DNA from: Flavobacteriales bacterium
Lineage (GTDB): Bacteria; Bacteroidota; Bacteroidia; UBA10329
DNA length: 45,062 nucleotides
Assembly (NCBI GenBank): GCA_049608805.1
Contig: JBMYXX010000002.1
Span: 1-45,062, forward strand
Direction of reading: 5' to 3'
Shown here: positions 1-9,654 of the stretch, piece by piece
How positions within the stretch are numbered: the first letter of the stretch is position 1
Layout of the letters: every line of letters starts with the position of its first letter
Made by a program: the position numbers and the translations under genes
The notes under the pieces: model-generated
Seen by the model: the letters and a program-made list of their open reading frames with translations, nothing else
Told to the model about the DNA's origin: nothing
Database searches by the model: none

Positions 1-1
1 T

Positions 2-391
2 CAGTCATGTGATTGTGTTACCCAAATTAACGGATATGTCATTGATGCTAATACAAAAGAACCTATTTCAAATGTTTCAGTGTCATTAGTGACCAACAAC
101 TATACAAGAGACGATTTTGGAGTTATTACTGATTCCTTGAGTGTTACAGAAAGGCAGAAAATAATTGCAGAAAACGGTAATGCCGAAAAGTGGGAACAAA
201 CAGGGACTGACAATATGATAAGGCGAGTGTCTTTAAAAACTGACTCGTCAGGATTCTTCAATGTTTTTTGGCATACTGGATTTTGTCCAGAGTACGAGCT
301 TAAACTTGAAAAAGAAGGGTATAAAATTCTGACAATTGATGGAGAAGAAATATCTCGTGATACTATCACTTTTGAATTAAAAATACATTAA
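2..391 (+). CDS. 3' end of a larger protein truncated by the window edge; beta-sandwich (carboxypeptidase-regulatory-like) segment
   Basis: The frame of ORF 80..391 stays open back to nt 2 (QSCDCVTQINGYVIDANTKEPISNVSV...). 'INGYVID..T.EPI..V.V' is typical of CarboxypepD_reg-like folds. The listed GTG at 80 is probably internal. Confidence 0.45.
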   Translation, partial: QSCDCVTQINGYVIDANTKEPISNVSVSLVTNNYTRDDFGVITDSLSVTERQKIIAENGNAEKWEQTGTDNMIRRVSLKTDSSGFFNVFWHTGFCPEYELKLEKEGYKILTIDGEEISRDTITFELKIH

Positions 392-446
392 GGCCGTAAA
401 ACCAGAGGTCAACTAAAGTTTGTCTTTAGCCAAGCCGATTTAAACA

Positions 447-1418
447 ATGAAAGGACCAGTTTCACAATTCGCTGAAGAGCATTTTAGGCACTTCAATTCG
501 GCCGCGTTAATGGATGCGGCAAAGGGCTATGAAGCGCATCTAGCCGAAGGCGGAAAAATGATGATTACGCTCGCTGGCGCTATGAGTACTGCCGAGTTAG
601 GACGCTCTTTAGCAGAGATAATTCGCCAGGGGAAAGTGGACATTATTTCTTGCACCGGAGCCAATTTAGAAGAAGACTTGATGAACCTCGTAGCGCATGA
701 TTATTACGAGCGTGTTCCTAATTATCGAGACCTAACTCCAAAGGAAGAATGGTCGCTTTTAGAAAAAGGACTTAATAGAGTTACAGATACGTGCATTCCT
801 GAAGAAGAGGCTTTTAGAAGATTGCAAAAGCACGTTTTTAAGGCTTGGAAAGAAGCGGAAGATGCAGGTCAGCGGTTCTTGCCGCATGAGTTTATGTACA
901 AGATTTTGCTGAGCGGAGAATTGGAGCAATACTATCAAATTGACCCAAAAAATTCTTGGATGTTAGCCGCGGCAGAAAAGAACCTTCCAATAGTTTGTCC
1001 CGGCTGGGAAGACAGCACCATGGGAAACATCTTTGCCTCTTATTGTTACAAAAAAGAGCTAAGCCCTTCCACGGTTAAATCAGGTATCGAATACATGACG
1101 TATTTGTCGGATTGGTATATCAATAACTCCAAAGGAAAAGGCGTAGGGTTCTTCCAAATTGGAGGGGGAATTGCGGGAGATTTCCCCATTTGCGTTGTCC
1201 CAATGCTGTATCAAGACCTTGAGATGAAAGACATTCCATTTTGGAGTTATTTCTGCCAAATTTCGGATAGTACAACCAGTTATGGTTCTTATTCGGGCGC
1301 TGTCCCAAATGAGAAAATCACGTGGGGAAAACTTGATATAGATACCCCCAAGTTTATAGTGGAGTCTGATGCCACGATTGTAGCGCCACTAATTTTCGCT
1401 TGGCTGTTAGATTGGTAA
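447..1418 (+). CDS. deoxyhypusine synthase family protein (bacterial DHS/homospermidine-synthase-like)
   Basis: 323 aa. N-terminal 'MITLAGAMSTAELG...IISCTGANLEEDL' and C-terminal 'GGGIAGDFP...SYGSYSGA...EKITWGK' resemble the DHS NAD-binding fold. Confidence 0.75.
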   Translation: MKGPVSQFAEEHFRHFNSAALMDAAKGYEAHLAEGGKMMITLAGAMSTAELGRSLAEIIRQGKVDIISCTGANLEEDLMNLVAHDYYERVPNYRDLTPKEEWSLLEKGLNRVTDTCIPEEEAFRRLQKHVFKAWKEAEDAGQRFLPHEFMYKILLSGELEQYYQIDPKNSWMLAAAEKNLPIVCPGWEDSTMGNIFASYCYKKELSPSTVKSGIEYMTYLSDWYINNSKGKGVGFFQIGGGIAGDFPICVVPMLYQDLEMKDIPFWSYFCQISDSTTSYGSYSGAVPNEKITWGKLDIDTPKFIVESDATIVAPLIFAWLLDW

Positions 1419-1557
1419 AGTGTTGAACAACCTTCTCAAACACAATTTATGCTTGAAAACAGAGAATATACTTCCGTTTCGCTGTCCAATTCAATACATT
1501 TATTTGGGATAAGACTCATACCTTGAGAACCTTCGAAATTTAAAGTATCTGAGCCCT

Positions 1558-2772
1558 TTGTTGCAGTATTTGTTTCTTATCGTTTCAATGCTAATTCCGG
1601 TTGCTGGTTTTGGCCAGGAGTTCGTAGTTAACAACGGAACAGATGTACAGATTAACCCTGGGTGTCAAGTAATTTTGGCCGATGGCGGGATTCAAAATTC
1701 TTCAGGGCAACTGACCAATTCTGGCGAACTAGTTATTGAAGGAAACCTTATAAACGATGGTCTCTTATCTGGGAATACTTCTGGTTTTTTTAGGGTTTTA
1801 GGAGATGTTGAGAATAACGGGCAAATGCAACCTGGTCAAAGCCTGTTTGAACTTTATGGTGATGACCAATTTCTTCGTGGGTCACAGCAGTTGAATTTCT
1901 ACGATTTGACCTTGCTCGGTTCGGGAGTAAAATACATGCTTCAGAATATTTCTACCGCAGGAGCCCTCGACCTAACCGACCGCGAACTACGTGCTTTTGA
2001 CAATACCGTGCTTCACACAAACACGAATGCCGCTACGATTTTGTCTGTTTATAACGAAGGTTTTATCAGCGCAGATGCAGGGGGGGGACTATCGCGAAAA
2101 ACAAGTGGTTCGGCTAATTACTTTTTCCCTGTTGGGAGCACCGTAAACAACTTTAGAATTCGACCCATTTCCATTGCCCCACAAGGTGGAGACAACACCT
2201 ACAAAGTTCGGTATGCGCCAGGCCCAACGGTCAATGCCATTCAGCGTGGCCCAGAACTTTACTACGTTAATCCGGCCTATTATCACGAAGCTCAGATTAC
2301 CGAAGGCAATACACCAGCTAGGCTTACGGTTTATTATGATGAGCTAGAGGATGGTTTTTTTGAGACACTAGCGCAACTAGAAAACGCTTTTTGGCGAGAG
2401 AGTGCCGGCACGATAGAAGGAGGCGTAATGGGAACGGGTCCGGAGCTGACATCATTTGAATCGCCTACGCACGACTTTTCCAATTCCGAAATTGCCTTGG
2501 CCGCGTATGCCTCAGAACTTTTTGTCCCAAATGTTTTTTCTCCGAATGATGATGGTCATAACGATGTATTTAAACCACGCGGAACGGAACCATTTGCGTA
2601 CGAACTTAGAATTTATGACCGATGGGGAAATCTTGTTTTCAACTCAGGTAAGATTGGCGATGGGTGGGATGGCACCCACAACGGAAAGCCCTTGAACAGT
2701 GGTGTTTTTGTGTTTTACATTCTATCTGGCGATAATGTGATGGAAAAAGGTAACGTAACACTACTCCGATGA
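1558..2772 (+). CDS. secreted protein with T9SS type B sorting domain (gliding-motility-associated C-terminal domain)
   Basis: C-terminus 'VPNVFSPNDDGHNDVFKPRG...YELRIYDRWGNLVFNS...GWDGTHNGKPLNSGVFVFYI' is the CHU_C/type B CTD signature. The TTG start at 1558 gives a plausible signal peptide (MLQYLFLIVSMLIPVAGFGQ), whereas the ATG at 1588 would leave too short a leader. Confidence 0.8.
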   Translation: MLQYLFLIVSMLIPVAGFGQEFVVNNGTDVQINPGCQVILADGGIQNSSGQLTNSGELVIEGNLINDGLLSGNTSGFFRVLGDVENNGQMQPGQSLFELYGDDQFLRGSQQLNFYDLTLLGSGVKYMLQNISTAGALDLTDRELRAFDNTVLHTNTNAATILSVYNEGFISADAGGGLSRKTSGSANYFFPVGSTVNNFRIRPISIAPQGGDNTYKVRYAPGPTVNAIQRGPELYYVNPAYYHEAQITEGNTPARLTVYYDELEDGFFETLAQLENAFWRESAGTIEGGVMGTGPELTSFESPTHDFSNSEIALAAYASELFVPNVFSPNDDGHNDVFKPRGTEPFAYELRIYDRWGNLVFNSGKIGDGWDGTHNGKPLNSGVFVFYILSGDNVMEKGNVTLLR

Positions 2773-3803
2773 GGGTTTTACTTGCCGCCATAGTGCTGTT
2801 GTGTTCTTTGTCTTCCTCGGCACAAGACATTCACTTCGTGCAGTTTACAGAAACTCCGCAATTGATAAATCCAGGTCAAACTGGCGTTTTCGATGGAGTA
2901 GCCAGAGTCATTTTCAGTTATCGGGATCAATGGGCGAATGTGGATGCGCCTTACCGCACATTCGGACTCAATTATGACCATAGAATTACTCCGAAAAAGC
3001 TTAAACGAAAAGCATCCTTGGCTGTTGGATTAGCCGCCTATCGTGATGATGCGGGTGACCTCGGGCTTCACACTACATCGGGCGTACTTAGTTTGTCAAG
3101 CACACTTATTCTTACACGAGAGCATTTTCTAACCGCAGGTATTCAAGGCGGAATTATCTATCGAGGAATAGATATGAGCAATGCCGTTTGGGGAAGCCAA
3201 TATGATGGCGCGGCTTACGACCCAACCATGGCAACAGGAGAAATAGACCAGTTCAATAACTTCCTATCTCCCGATGTCTCTTTTGGCTTTGCTTGGAACA
3301 TGAATGCTCCCAAGGGAATTGGCCCATTTAAGTCGTTGAAGGCGAGAGTTGGAACGGGTCTCTTTCATTTAAATAGACCAAAACAAAAGTTCAATTTAGG
3401 AGAGTCTGACCGACTACATATGAGATGGACGCTACATGCCGATGCAATGATGGGCGTAGGAACTGGTCGTGGCTTTATCGTTCCCATGTTTCTTTTTCAA
3501 ATGCAAGGGCCATCAACTGAAGCCACTTTTGGTGGGCTTTATCGCTTTAACCTCAACAATGCCGCTCGCATTACTGGCTTTGTGAAAGGAGGAGCTATCA
3601 GTCTCGGAGCAACGTATCGTTGGGCAGATGCCATTACGCCAATTGTTGCGGTAGAATATTTGTGGTTTCGGTTGGGCGTTAGTTATGATGTCAATGTTTC
3701 TAAACTCAATAAGGCCACTGGTTTCCAAGGTGGATTGGAGGTTTCCCTTAAATTCATTGCATCTGAAGGGTTTTATTACTCTGGCCGACAATCTCGGAAG
3801 TAA
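2769..3803 (+). CDS. PorP/SprF family T9SS outer-membrane protein
   Basis: Signal peptide followed by 'AQDIHFVQFTETPQLINPGQTG' (the canonical PorP/SprF N-terminus 'QD.hfsQf...P..lNPA.tG'), with beta-barrel-like alternating sequence to the end. Its start overlaps the upstream stop (ATGA). Confidence 0.85.
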   Translation: MRVLLAAIVLLCSLSSSAQDIHFVQFTETPQLINPGQTGVFDGVARVIFSYRDQWANVDAPYRTFGLNYDHRITPKKLKRKASLAVGLAAYRDDAGDLGLHTTSGVLSLSSTLILTREHFLTAGIQGGIIYRGIDMSNAVWGSQYDGAAYDPTMATGEIDQFNNFLSPDVSFGFAWNMNAPKGIGPFKSLKARVGTGLFHLNRPKQKFNLGESDRLHMRWTLHADAMMGVGTGRGFIVPMFLFQMQGPSTEATFGGLYRFNLNNAARITGFVKGGAISLGATYRWADAITPIVAVEYLWFRLGVSYDVNVSKLNKATGFQGGLEVSLKFIASEGFYYSGRQSRK

Positions 3804-3872
3804 GAGGTATAGATATCGGCTCCAAGGTCAACGCATTTTCTATATTTGATACCCACTCAAAAGTCGGGTATC

Positions 3873-5768
3873 ATGCAGAAAATAAACTCCCTAGAAGAAT
3901 ACCATCAGCAGCACGCCAAATCTGTGGCCAACCCAGAAGGATTTTGGAACGAAAAAGCTGAGACTTTCAATTGGAAAAAGAAGTGGGATAAAACCCTCGA
4001 ATGGGAATTCGACACGCCTTCCGTTAAGTGGTTTTTAGGTGGAAAACTCAACATTACAGAGAATTGCCTCGATAGACATTTGGAAACTCGAGGAGATCAA
4101 GTAGCCATACTTTTTGAGCCTAATAATCCTGATGAATCGCCCGAGAAAATCACGTATAAAGAACTTCACAGTAGGGTTTGTGCATTTGCCAATGTGTTGA
4201 AGCGAAATGGGGCCAAGAAAGGCGACCGCATTTGTCTTTACATGCCGATGACGCCTGAATTGGCAATTGCCACATTGGCTTGCGCCAGGATTGGAGCTAT
4301 ACATTCGGTTGTGTTTGCTGGATTTTCAGCGCGCTCACTCGAAGACAGAATTAACGATGCCACTTGCAACATCATCGTCACGGGAGATGGCGCCTATCGC
4401 GGAGCAAAGACCATCGACCTAAAAGGAATTGTGGATAAGGCGTTGGAGACTTGTCCGTCAATTGAAAAGTGCATTGTTCAAAAGCGCATTGGTTCTGTCA
4501 TCAACATGAAAGAAGGCCGAGATGTGTGGCTGACTGAAGAGTTAGCACAGGTTGATGACAACTGCCCGGCCGAAGAAATGGACAGCGAAGACATGCTTTT
4601 TGTGCTTTATACTTCTGGTTCAACAGGCAAGCCAAAAGGTGTGGTTCACACGTGTGGAGGTTACATGGTTTATGCGGAGTATAGCTTCAGAAACGTGTTC
4701 CAGTACGAAGAAGGCGATGTGTATTGGTGTACAGCCGATATTGGTTGGATTACTGGCCATACATATATCGTTTACGGACCGCTTTTAGCTGGTGCAACAA
4801 CAGTAATGTTCGAGGGTGTCCCGACATATCCAGATGCAGGACGATTCTGGGATGTTTGTGATAAACATCAGATTAATCTGTTCTACACAGCACCAACTGC
4901 CATTCGAGCATTGGAAGCCCACGGTTTGGACTACGTGAAGCCATATAAATTGGATAGTTTGAGAGTGCTTGGTTCGGTTGGAGAGCCGATAAACGAGGAA
5001 GCTTGGCATTGGTATGATCAAAATATTGGCAAAGGGAACTGTCCAATTGTTGATACATGGTGGCAAACTGAAACTGGTGGAATTTTAATCTCGCCATTGG
5101 CGGGAATTACTCCGCTTAAACCGAGTTATGCTACGCTTCCATTACCTGGTGTTCAGCCTTGTTTGGTTGATGCCGATGGAAATGAAATTGAAGGAAATGA
5201 TGTGCAAGGGAACCTTTGCATGAAGTTCCCTTGGCCAAGTATGCTACGTACCACTTACGGAGACCATGAGCGTTGCAAAACAGTTTATTTCTCGACCTAC
5301 AAAGGCAAGTATTTTACAGGCGATGGATGTCGAAGAGATGCTGATGGCTTCTACCGCATCACAGGCCGTGTCGATGATGTAATTAACGTATCAGGACACC
5401 GATTTGGAACCGCTGAAATTGAAGCCGCCATTGATGAGCACGAAAACGTTGTGGAAACAGCCGTGGTCGGGTATCCACACGACATTAAAGGACAAGGAAT
5501 TTACGCCTACGTCATTTGTAATAATCCCGTAACAGATATGGATGCCTTCTTGAAGGAAGTGAATGCTGTGGTAATTGAAATGATTGGGCCTATAGCCAAA
5601 CCAGACAAGGTTCAGGTGGTGAGCGGCTTGCCGAAAACGCGTTCGGGAAAAATCATGCGAAGAATATTAAGAAAAGTAGCCGAAGGAGACGTGTCTAATT
5701 TGGGAGATACATCAACCTTACTTGACCCAAGCGTAGTAGAAGAAATCAAAGCCGGAGCAGGACTCTAA
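3873..5768 (+). CDS. acs: acetyl-CoA synthetase (AMP-forming)
   Basis: Full-length match to the Acs pattern: 'YTSGSTGKPKGV' AMP-binding motif, 'TWWQTETGG', 'GDGCRRDADGFYRITGRVDDVINVSGHR', 'LPKTRSGKIMRR'. The ATG at 3873 is preferred over the TTG at 3846. Confidence 0.95.
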   Translation: MQKINSLEEYHQQHAKSVANPEGFWNEKAETFNWKKKWDKTLEWEFDTPSVKWFLGGKLNITENCLDRHLETRGDQVAILFEPNNPDESPEKITYKELHSRVCAFANVLKRNGAKKGDRICLYMPMTPELAIATLACARIGAIHSVVFAGFSARSLEDRINDATCNIIVTGDGAYRGAKTIDLKGIVDKALETCPSIEKCIVQKRIGSVINMKEGRDVWLTEELAQVDDNCPAEEMDSEDMLFVLYTSGSTGKPKGVVHTCGGYMVYAEYSFRNVFQYEEGDVYWCTADIGWITGHTYIVYGPLLAGATTVMFEGVPTYPDAGRFWDVCDKHQINLFYTAPTAIRALEAHGLDYVKPYKLDSLRVLGSVGEPINEEAWHWYDQNIGKGNCPIVDTWWQTETGGILISPLAGITPLKPSYATLPLPGVQPCLVDADGNEIEGNDVQGNLCMKFPWPSMLRTTYGDHERCKTVYFSTYKGKYFTGDGCRRDADGFYRITGRVDDVINVSGHRFGTAEIEAAIDEHENVVETAVVGYPHDIKGQGIYAYVICNNPVTDMDAFLKEVNAVVIEMIGPIAKPDKVQVVSGLPKTRSGKIMRRILRKVAEGDVSNLGDTSTLLDPSVVEEIKAGAGL

Positions 5769-5773
5769 ATAAC

Positions 5774-8632
5774 ATGACCGAAACCGAAAAACCAGCTGAA
5801 AAGAAGTTATTCCTTCTAGACGCTTTTGCCCTTATTTATCGAGCGTATTTCGCCTTTGCAGGAAACCGAGTCGATCGCCATGGAGTTCGTTCTGCAGGGT
5901 ATACGATGGTCAATTCAAAAGGACAGAATACATCGGCAACATTCGGGTTTACCAATACACTTTTAGAACTACTCGAAAAGGAAAAGCCATCTCACATTGC
6001 GGTGGTTTTCGATATGCCGGGAGACACCCACAGGCAGGTCGAATTCACGGAATACAAAGCAAATCGGGCTCCAATGCCAGATGATTTGAGGGATAGTCTT
6101 CCTTCAATTCGTGATTTAGTAAAAGGCTTTAATATTCCAGTTCTCGGTGTGGAAGGATATGAGGCTGATGATGTCATTGGAACTCTCGCTAAAAAGGCGG
6201 AGAAAGCAGGTTTTACAACGTACATGGTTACTCCTGATAAGGATTATGGACAGCTACTTTCAGACAACATTTACATGTACAAACCAGCCCGAATGGGTAA
6301 CGGAATTGACATTGTAGGTCCAAAAGAATTTTGCGAGAAATATGGCCTCAAACACCCGGAGCAATTCATTGATGTGTTAGGGATGTGGGGAGATGCTGTT
6401 GATAATATTCCAGGTATTCCTGGAGTGGGTGAGAAGACCGCCATAAAGTTTATCCAAGAGTATGGCTCAATGGAAGGTTTGTATGAGAATACAGACAAGC
6501 TGAAGGGCAAAATGAAGGAGAAGGTTGAAGCGAATAAAGAGCAGGCAATGATGTCGAAAATGCTCGCAACCATCATCCTTGATGTGCCTATTGAGTTTGA
6601 TGAGGAAGACCTCATTATGGAGGAGCCAAACAAAGAGGCGCTGGCTGAAATCTTCGCGGAGCTCGAGTTTAGAACAATTGCAAGGAAAGTTTTGGGTCAG
6701 GAGGTAGCAGTAAAAGGCCCAGCACCGACAGCTACCAAGAAAGCGGCTCCGGCAGGTCAGATTGATATGTTTGCTTCTAACGATACGGTTGTTGAAACTG
6801 CCGAAGGATCTGGGTACAAAACCCTCGCGGACACAGAACATGATTACCAGTTGGTGGATACGGCTGAAAAGCGAAAGGAATTGATTGTCAAGTTGTCAAA
6901 AGCTGATACGATTTGCTTCGATACAGAAACGACTGGTTTAAATACTCTTACTGCTCAACTTTTGGGCATTGCGTTTTCGGTAGAAAAGGGAAAGGCCTTT
7001 TATGTTTCTGTCCCGGATGATGAAAAGGAAGCCACGAAAGTTTGTGCAGAATTTCAAGCCATTTTTTTGGATGAAAACAAACTGCTGATTGCTCAGAATT
7101 TGAAATACGATTTGAGCATTCTCAAGCGATATGAGTTGACCATTTCTGCCAAAACTTTCGACACCATGATTGCGCATTACCTCATCAATCCAGATATGCG
7201 CCATGGGATGGATTTGTTATCGGAAACGTACTTAGGTTACCAACCGCAATCCATTACCGAACTAATTGGAAAAAAGGGAAAAGGGCAGAAAAGCATGAAG
7301 GATGTGCCGTTGGAACAAGTTGCGGAGTATGCTTCTGAGGATGCCGACATCACACTTCAGCTTTATTCAGAATTCAATCCAACATTGGATGAACTGGAAG
7401 CAAGAAAGCTATTTAATGAAGTAGAAATGCCGCTTATTCCTGTACTGAGTGCGATGGAAATGGAGGGAATAACACTCGATGTTCCAGCGCTTAAGGCCAT
7501 GTCGGAAGAGTTGAACACAGACCTCATTCGATTGCAAACGGAGATTAAAGAATTAGCCGGAGTTGAGTTCAATATTCAATCACCAAAGCAATTAGGAGAT
7601 GTGCTTTTCGACCATCTGAAAATTGACGAGAAAGCCAAGCGAACGGGTAAAACCAAGCAGTACAAAACGGGCGAAGAAGTTCTCAGCAAACTCATAAACA
7701 AGCACCCAATTGTTTCAAAAATTCTGGACTATCGTTCGGTTCAAAAACTAAAATCTACCTACGTTGATACACTTCCAGAATTGGTGAATGAAACCACTGG
7801 AAGAATTCATACAAGTTACAATCAAGCCGTTGCGGCAACGGGTCGTTTGAGTTCGGATAAGCCAAACTTGCAGAACATTCCAATTCGTACTGAAAGGGGG
7901 AGAGAAATCAGAAAGGCCTTCATTCCGCGTAGCGAAGATTACGTTTTACTAGCCGCGGATTATTCTCAGGTAGAGCTTCGGATTATTGCCGCTTTGAGTA
8001 AAGACGAACCGATGATTAAGGCTTTTAAGGAAGGCCAGGACATTCATGCGGCAACTGCGGCCAAGGTATTCGGGGTAAAACTTGAGGAGGTTGACCGTGA
8101 TATGCGAAGTAAGGCCAAGGCTGTCAACTTCGGGCTGATGTACGGACAATCGGCATTTGGTCTGGCTGATAATTTGGGCATTTCTAGAACAGAAGCGCGC
8201 GATATTATTGACGAGTACTTCAAGCAATTTCCAACCATTCGTTCTTATATGGACGGCAATGTTCAGTTCGCGAAGCAGAACGGATACGTAGAAACCATTA
8301 TGGGAAGAAGACGCTATTTGCGCGACATCAACTCAAACAACCAAACCGTTCGCGGTTACGCAGAACGTAACGCCATTAACGCGCCTATTCAGGGCTCCGC
8401 TGCCGACATTATTAAAGTGGCCATGATTAATGTTCATGCAGAGATGCAGAAACGAGACATGAAATCGAAGCTTCTTTTGCAAGTACATGATGAACTTGTT
8501 TTTGATGCTCACAAGGAGGAATTAGACGAGTTAAAAGTGTTGGTTACCGAAAAAATGGTGGGAGCAGTGAAACTTGAAGTGCCAATGGTCGTAGATATGG
8601 GTATCGGAAAGAACTGGCTGGAGGCACATTAG
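5774..8632 (+). CDS. polA: DNA polymerase I
   Basis: 952 aa with a 5'-3' exonuclease N-terminus ('LLDAFALIYRAYFA', 'PDKDYGQL', 'DNIPGIPGVGEKTA'), a 3'-5' exonuclease domain ('CFDTETTGL') and polymerase motifs ('DYSQVELRI', 'RSKAKAVNFGLMYG', 'QVHDELVF'). Confidence 0.97.
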   Translation: MTETEKPAEKKLFLLDAFALIYRAYFAFAGNRVDRHGVRSAGYTMVNSKGQNTSATFGFTNTLLELLEKEKPSHIAVVFDMPGDTHRQVEFTEYKANRAPMPDDLRDSLPSIRDLVKGFNIPVLGVEGYEADDVIGTLAKKAEKAGFTTYMVTPDKDYGQLLSDNIYMYKPARMGNGIDIVGPKEFCEKYGLKHPEQFIDVLGMWGDAVDNIPGIPGVGEKTAIKFIQEYGSMEGLYENTDKLKGKMKEKVEANKEQAMMSKMLATIILDVPIEFDEEDLIMEEPNKEALAEIFAELEFRTIARKVLGQEVAVKGPAPTATKKAAPAGQIDMFASNDTVVETAEGSGYKTLADTEHDYQLVDTAEKRKELIVKLSKADTICFDTETTGLNTLTAQLLGIAFSVEKGKAFYVSVPDDEKEATKVCAEFQAIFLDENKLLIAQNLKYDLSILKRYELTISAKTFDTMIAHYLINPDMRHGMDLLSETYLGYQPQSITELIGKKGKGQKSMKDVPLEQVAEYASEDADITLQLYSEFNPTLDELEARKLFNEVEMPLIPVLSAMEMEGITLDVPALKAMSEELNTDLIRLQTEIKELAGVEFNIQSPKQLGDVLFDHLKIDEKAKRTGKTKQYKTGEEVLSKLINKHPIVSKILDYRSVQKLKSTYVDTLPELVNETTGRIHTSYNQAVAATGRLSSDKPNLQNIPIRTERGREIRKAFIPRSEDYVLLAADYSQVELRIIAALSKDEPMIKAFKEGQDIHAATAAKVFGVKLEEVDRDMRSKAKAVNFGLMYGQSAFGLADNLGISRTEARDIIDEYFKQFPTIRSYMDGNVQFAKQNGYVETIMGRRRYLRDINSNNQTVRGYAERNAINAPIQGSAADIIKVAMINVHAEMQKRDMKSKLLLQVHDELVFDAHKEELDELKVLVTEKMVGAVKLEVPMVVDMGIGKNWLEAH

Positions 8633-8697
8633 TGAAATCTTGGTTGCTCTATCCGAAGTGTTAAATTTGATTTACCCATCAATTAATTATCAATAAA

Positions 8698-9561
8698 ATG
8701 AGAACTAATCCCCTGAAAGGTGCTCTGTTATTAGGTTTTGTAATTGCTCTCGCTTCTTGCGGCTCTGAGCAAAAACCGGCAGTAGAATCAGCTCCTGCTC
8801 CAGAAATGGCAGAAGTTGAAAAAGAAATGACCGAAGAAGATTTGGCGCAAGCCGATGCTATGATTAAGAATATGCCATCGCCAATAGAAATGGCCATTCT
8901 AGTTAAGCATGCGGGAGGCGAGTATAATCCGGACTTATTGAATGACGTGAAGAACGTTGACAACTACCTGACGAACGGAAAAAAGACCCTAAACATGGGT
9001 ATTTACAGTTCTGATGTTGGCTATACAACGCTTTACAAGCAAACGCAAGAGACGGTGTTTTTCTTGGATAATGTGAGGAAACTTTCTGATGCAATTGGAC
9101 TTTCTGATGCGTTTGATAAATCTATGTTTGAACGTGTTGAGGCCAATATCGAAAACCGTGATTCTTTGCTTCAAATTTTGAGTTCATCATACGACATGGC
9201 TAACCAGTATTTGAAGGAAAATAACCGAATGAACACATCGGTTTTAATGATTTCTGGAGGTTGGGTAGAGTCTATGTTCTTAGCTTCTAATCTTGGTCCG
9301 GATGGCGGCCGCCCAGAAAACATTATTGCGCTTAGAATCTTAGAACAGGAAGAAGTTCTTGGTAAGATTATCGCATCAATGAAAATGATTGATGATGACC
9401 CGTTGGTTGCCGAATTGTCGACTAAGTTGGAAGAGCTTTCTTCGCTTCTAGCGGCTGATGGTTTAACAGATGGAGAAGGGGAAGATGCGGTTGTAAACGC
9501 AGAGCAGATGGAAGTAGTTTACAGTAAGATAGATGAGATTAGAGGTTGGATAGTGGCGTAA
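8698..9561 (+). CDS. hypothetical lipoprotein
   Basis: Lipobox 'VIALASCGSE' after a hydrophobic leader, with a mostly helical acidic body. No family recognised. Confidence 0.55.
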   Translation: MRTNPLKGALLLGFVIALASCGSEQKPAVESAPAPEMAEVEKEMTEEDLAQADAMIKNMPSPIEMAILVKHAGGEYNPDLLNDVKNVDNYLTNGKKTLNMGIYSSDVGYTTLYKQTQETVFFLDNVRKLSDAIGLSDAFDKSMFERVEANIENRDSLLQILSSSYDMANQYLKENNRMNTSVLMISGGWVESMFLASNLGPDGGRPENIIALRILEQEEVLGKIIASMKMIDDDPLVAELSTKLEELSSLLAADGLTDGEGEDAVVNAEQMEVVYSKIDEIRGWIVA

Positions 9562-9592
9562 ACGCGAAGGACAAACTTTGTTTTAATAAGAA

Positions 9593-9621
9593 AGCGATCA
9601 ATTTGTTGGTCGCTTTTTTTA
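9593..9621. terminator. hairpin plus T-tract between convergent genes
   Basis: AGCGATC / GGTCGCT forms a 7-bp stem (one G-U pair) with a 7-nt loop, followed by TTTTTTT. It lies between the stops of 8698..9561(+) and 9655..12018(-). Confidence 0.5.
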
Positions 9622-9654
9622 TGCCTCTTTGTTAGTTTAGTAGGGCGTGTGCCT

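Noticed and set aside
2456-2695. 79-aa alternative-frame ORF inside the type B CTD gene. Similar same-strand internal ORFs occur at 4552..4788, 26067..26270 and 42046..42243.
   Set aside because: They are out-of-frame ORFs nested in well-supported genes, with no independent start context or motifs.
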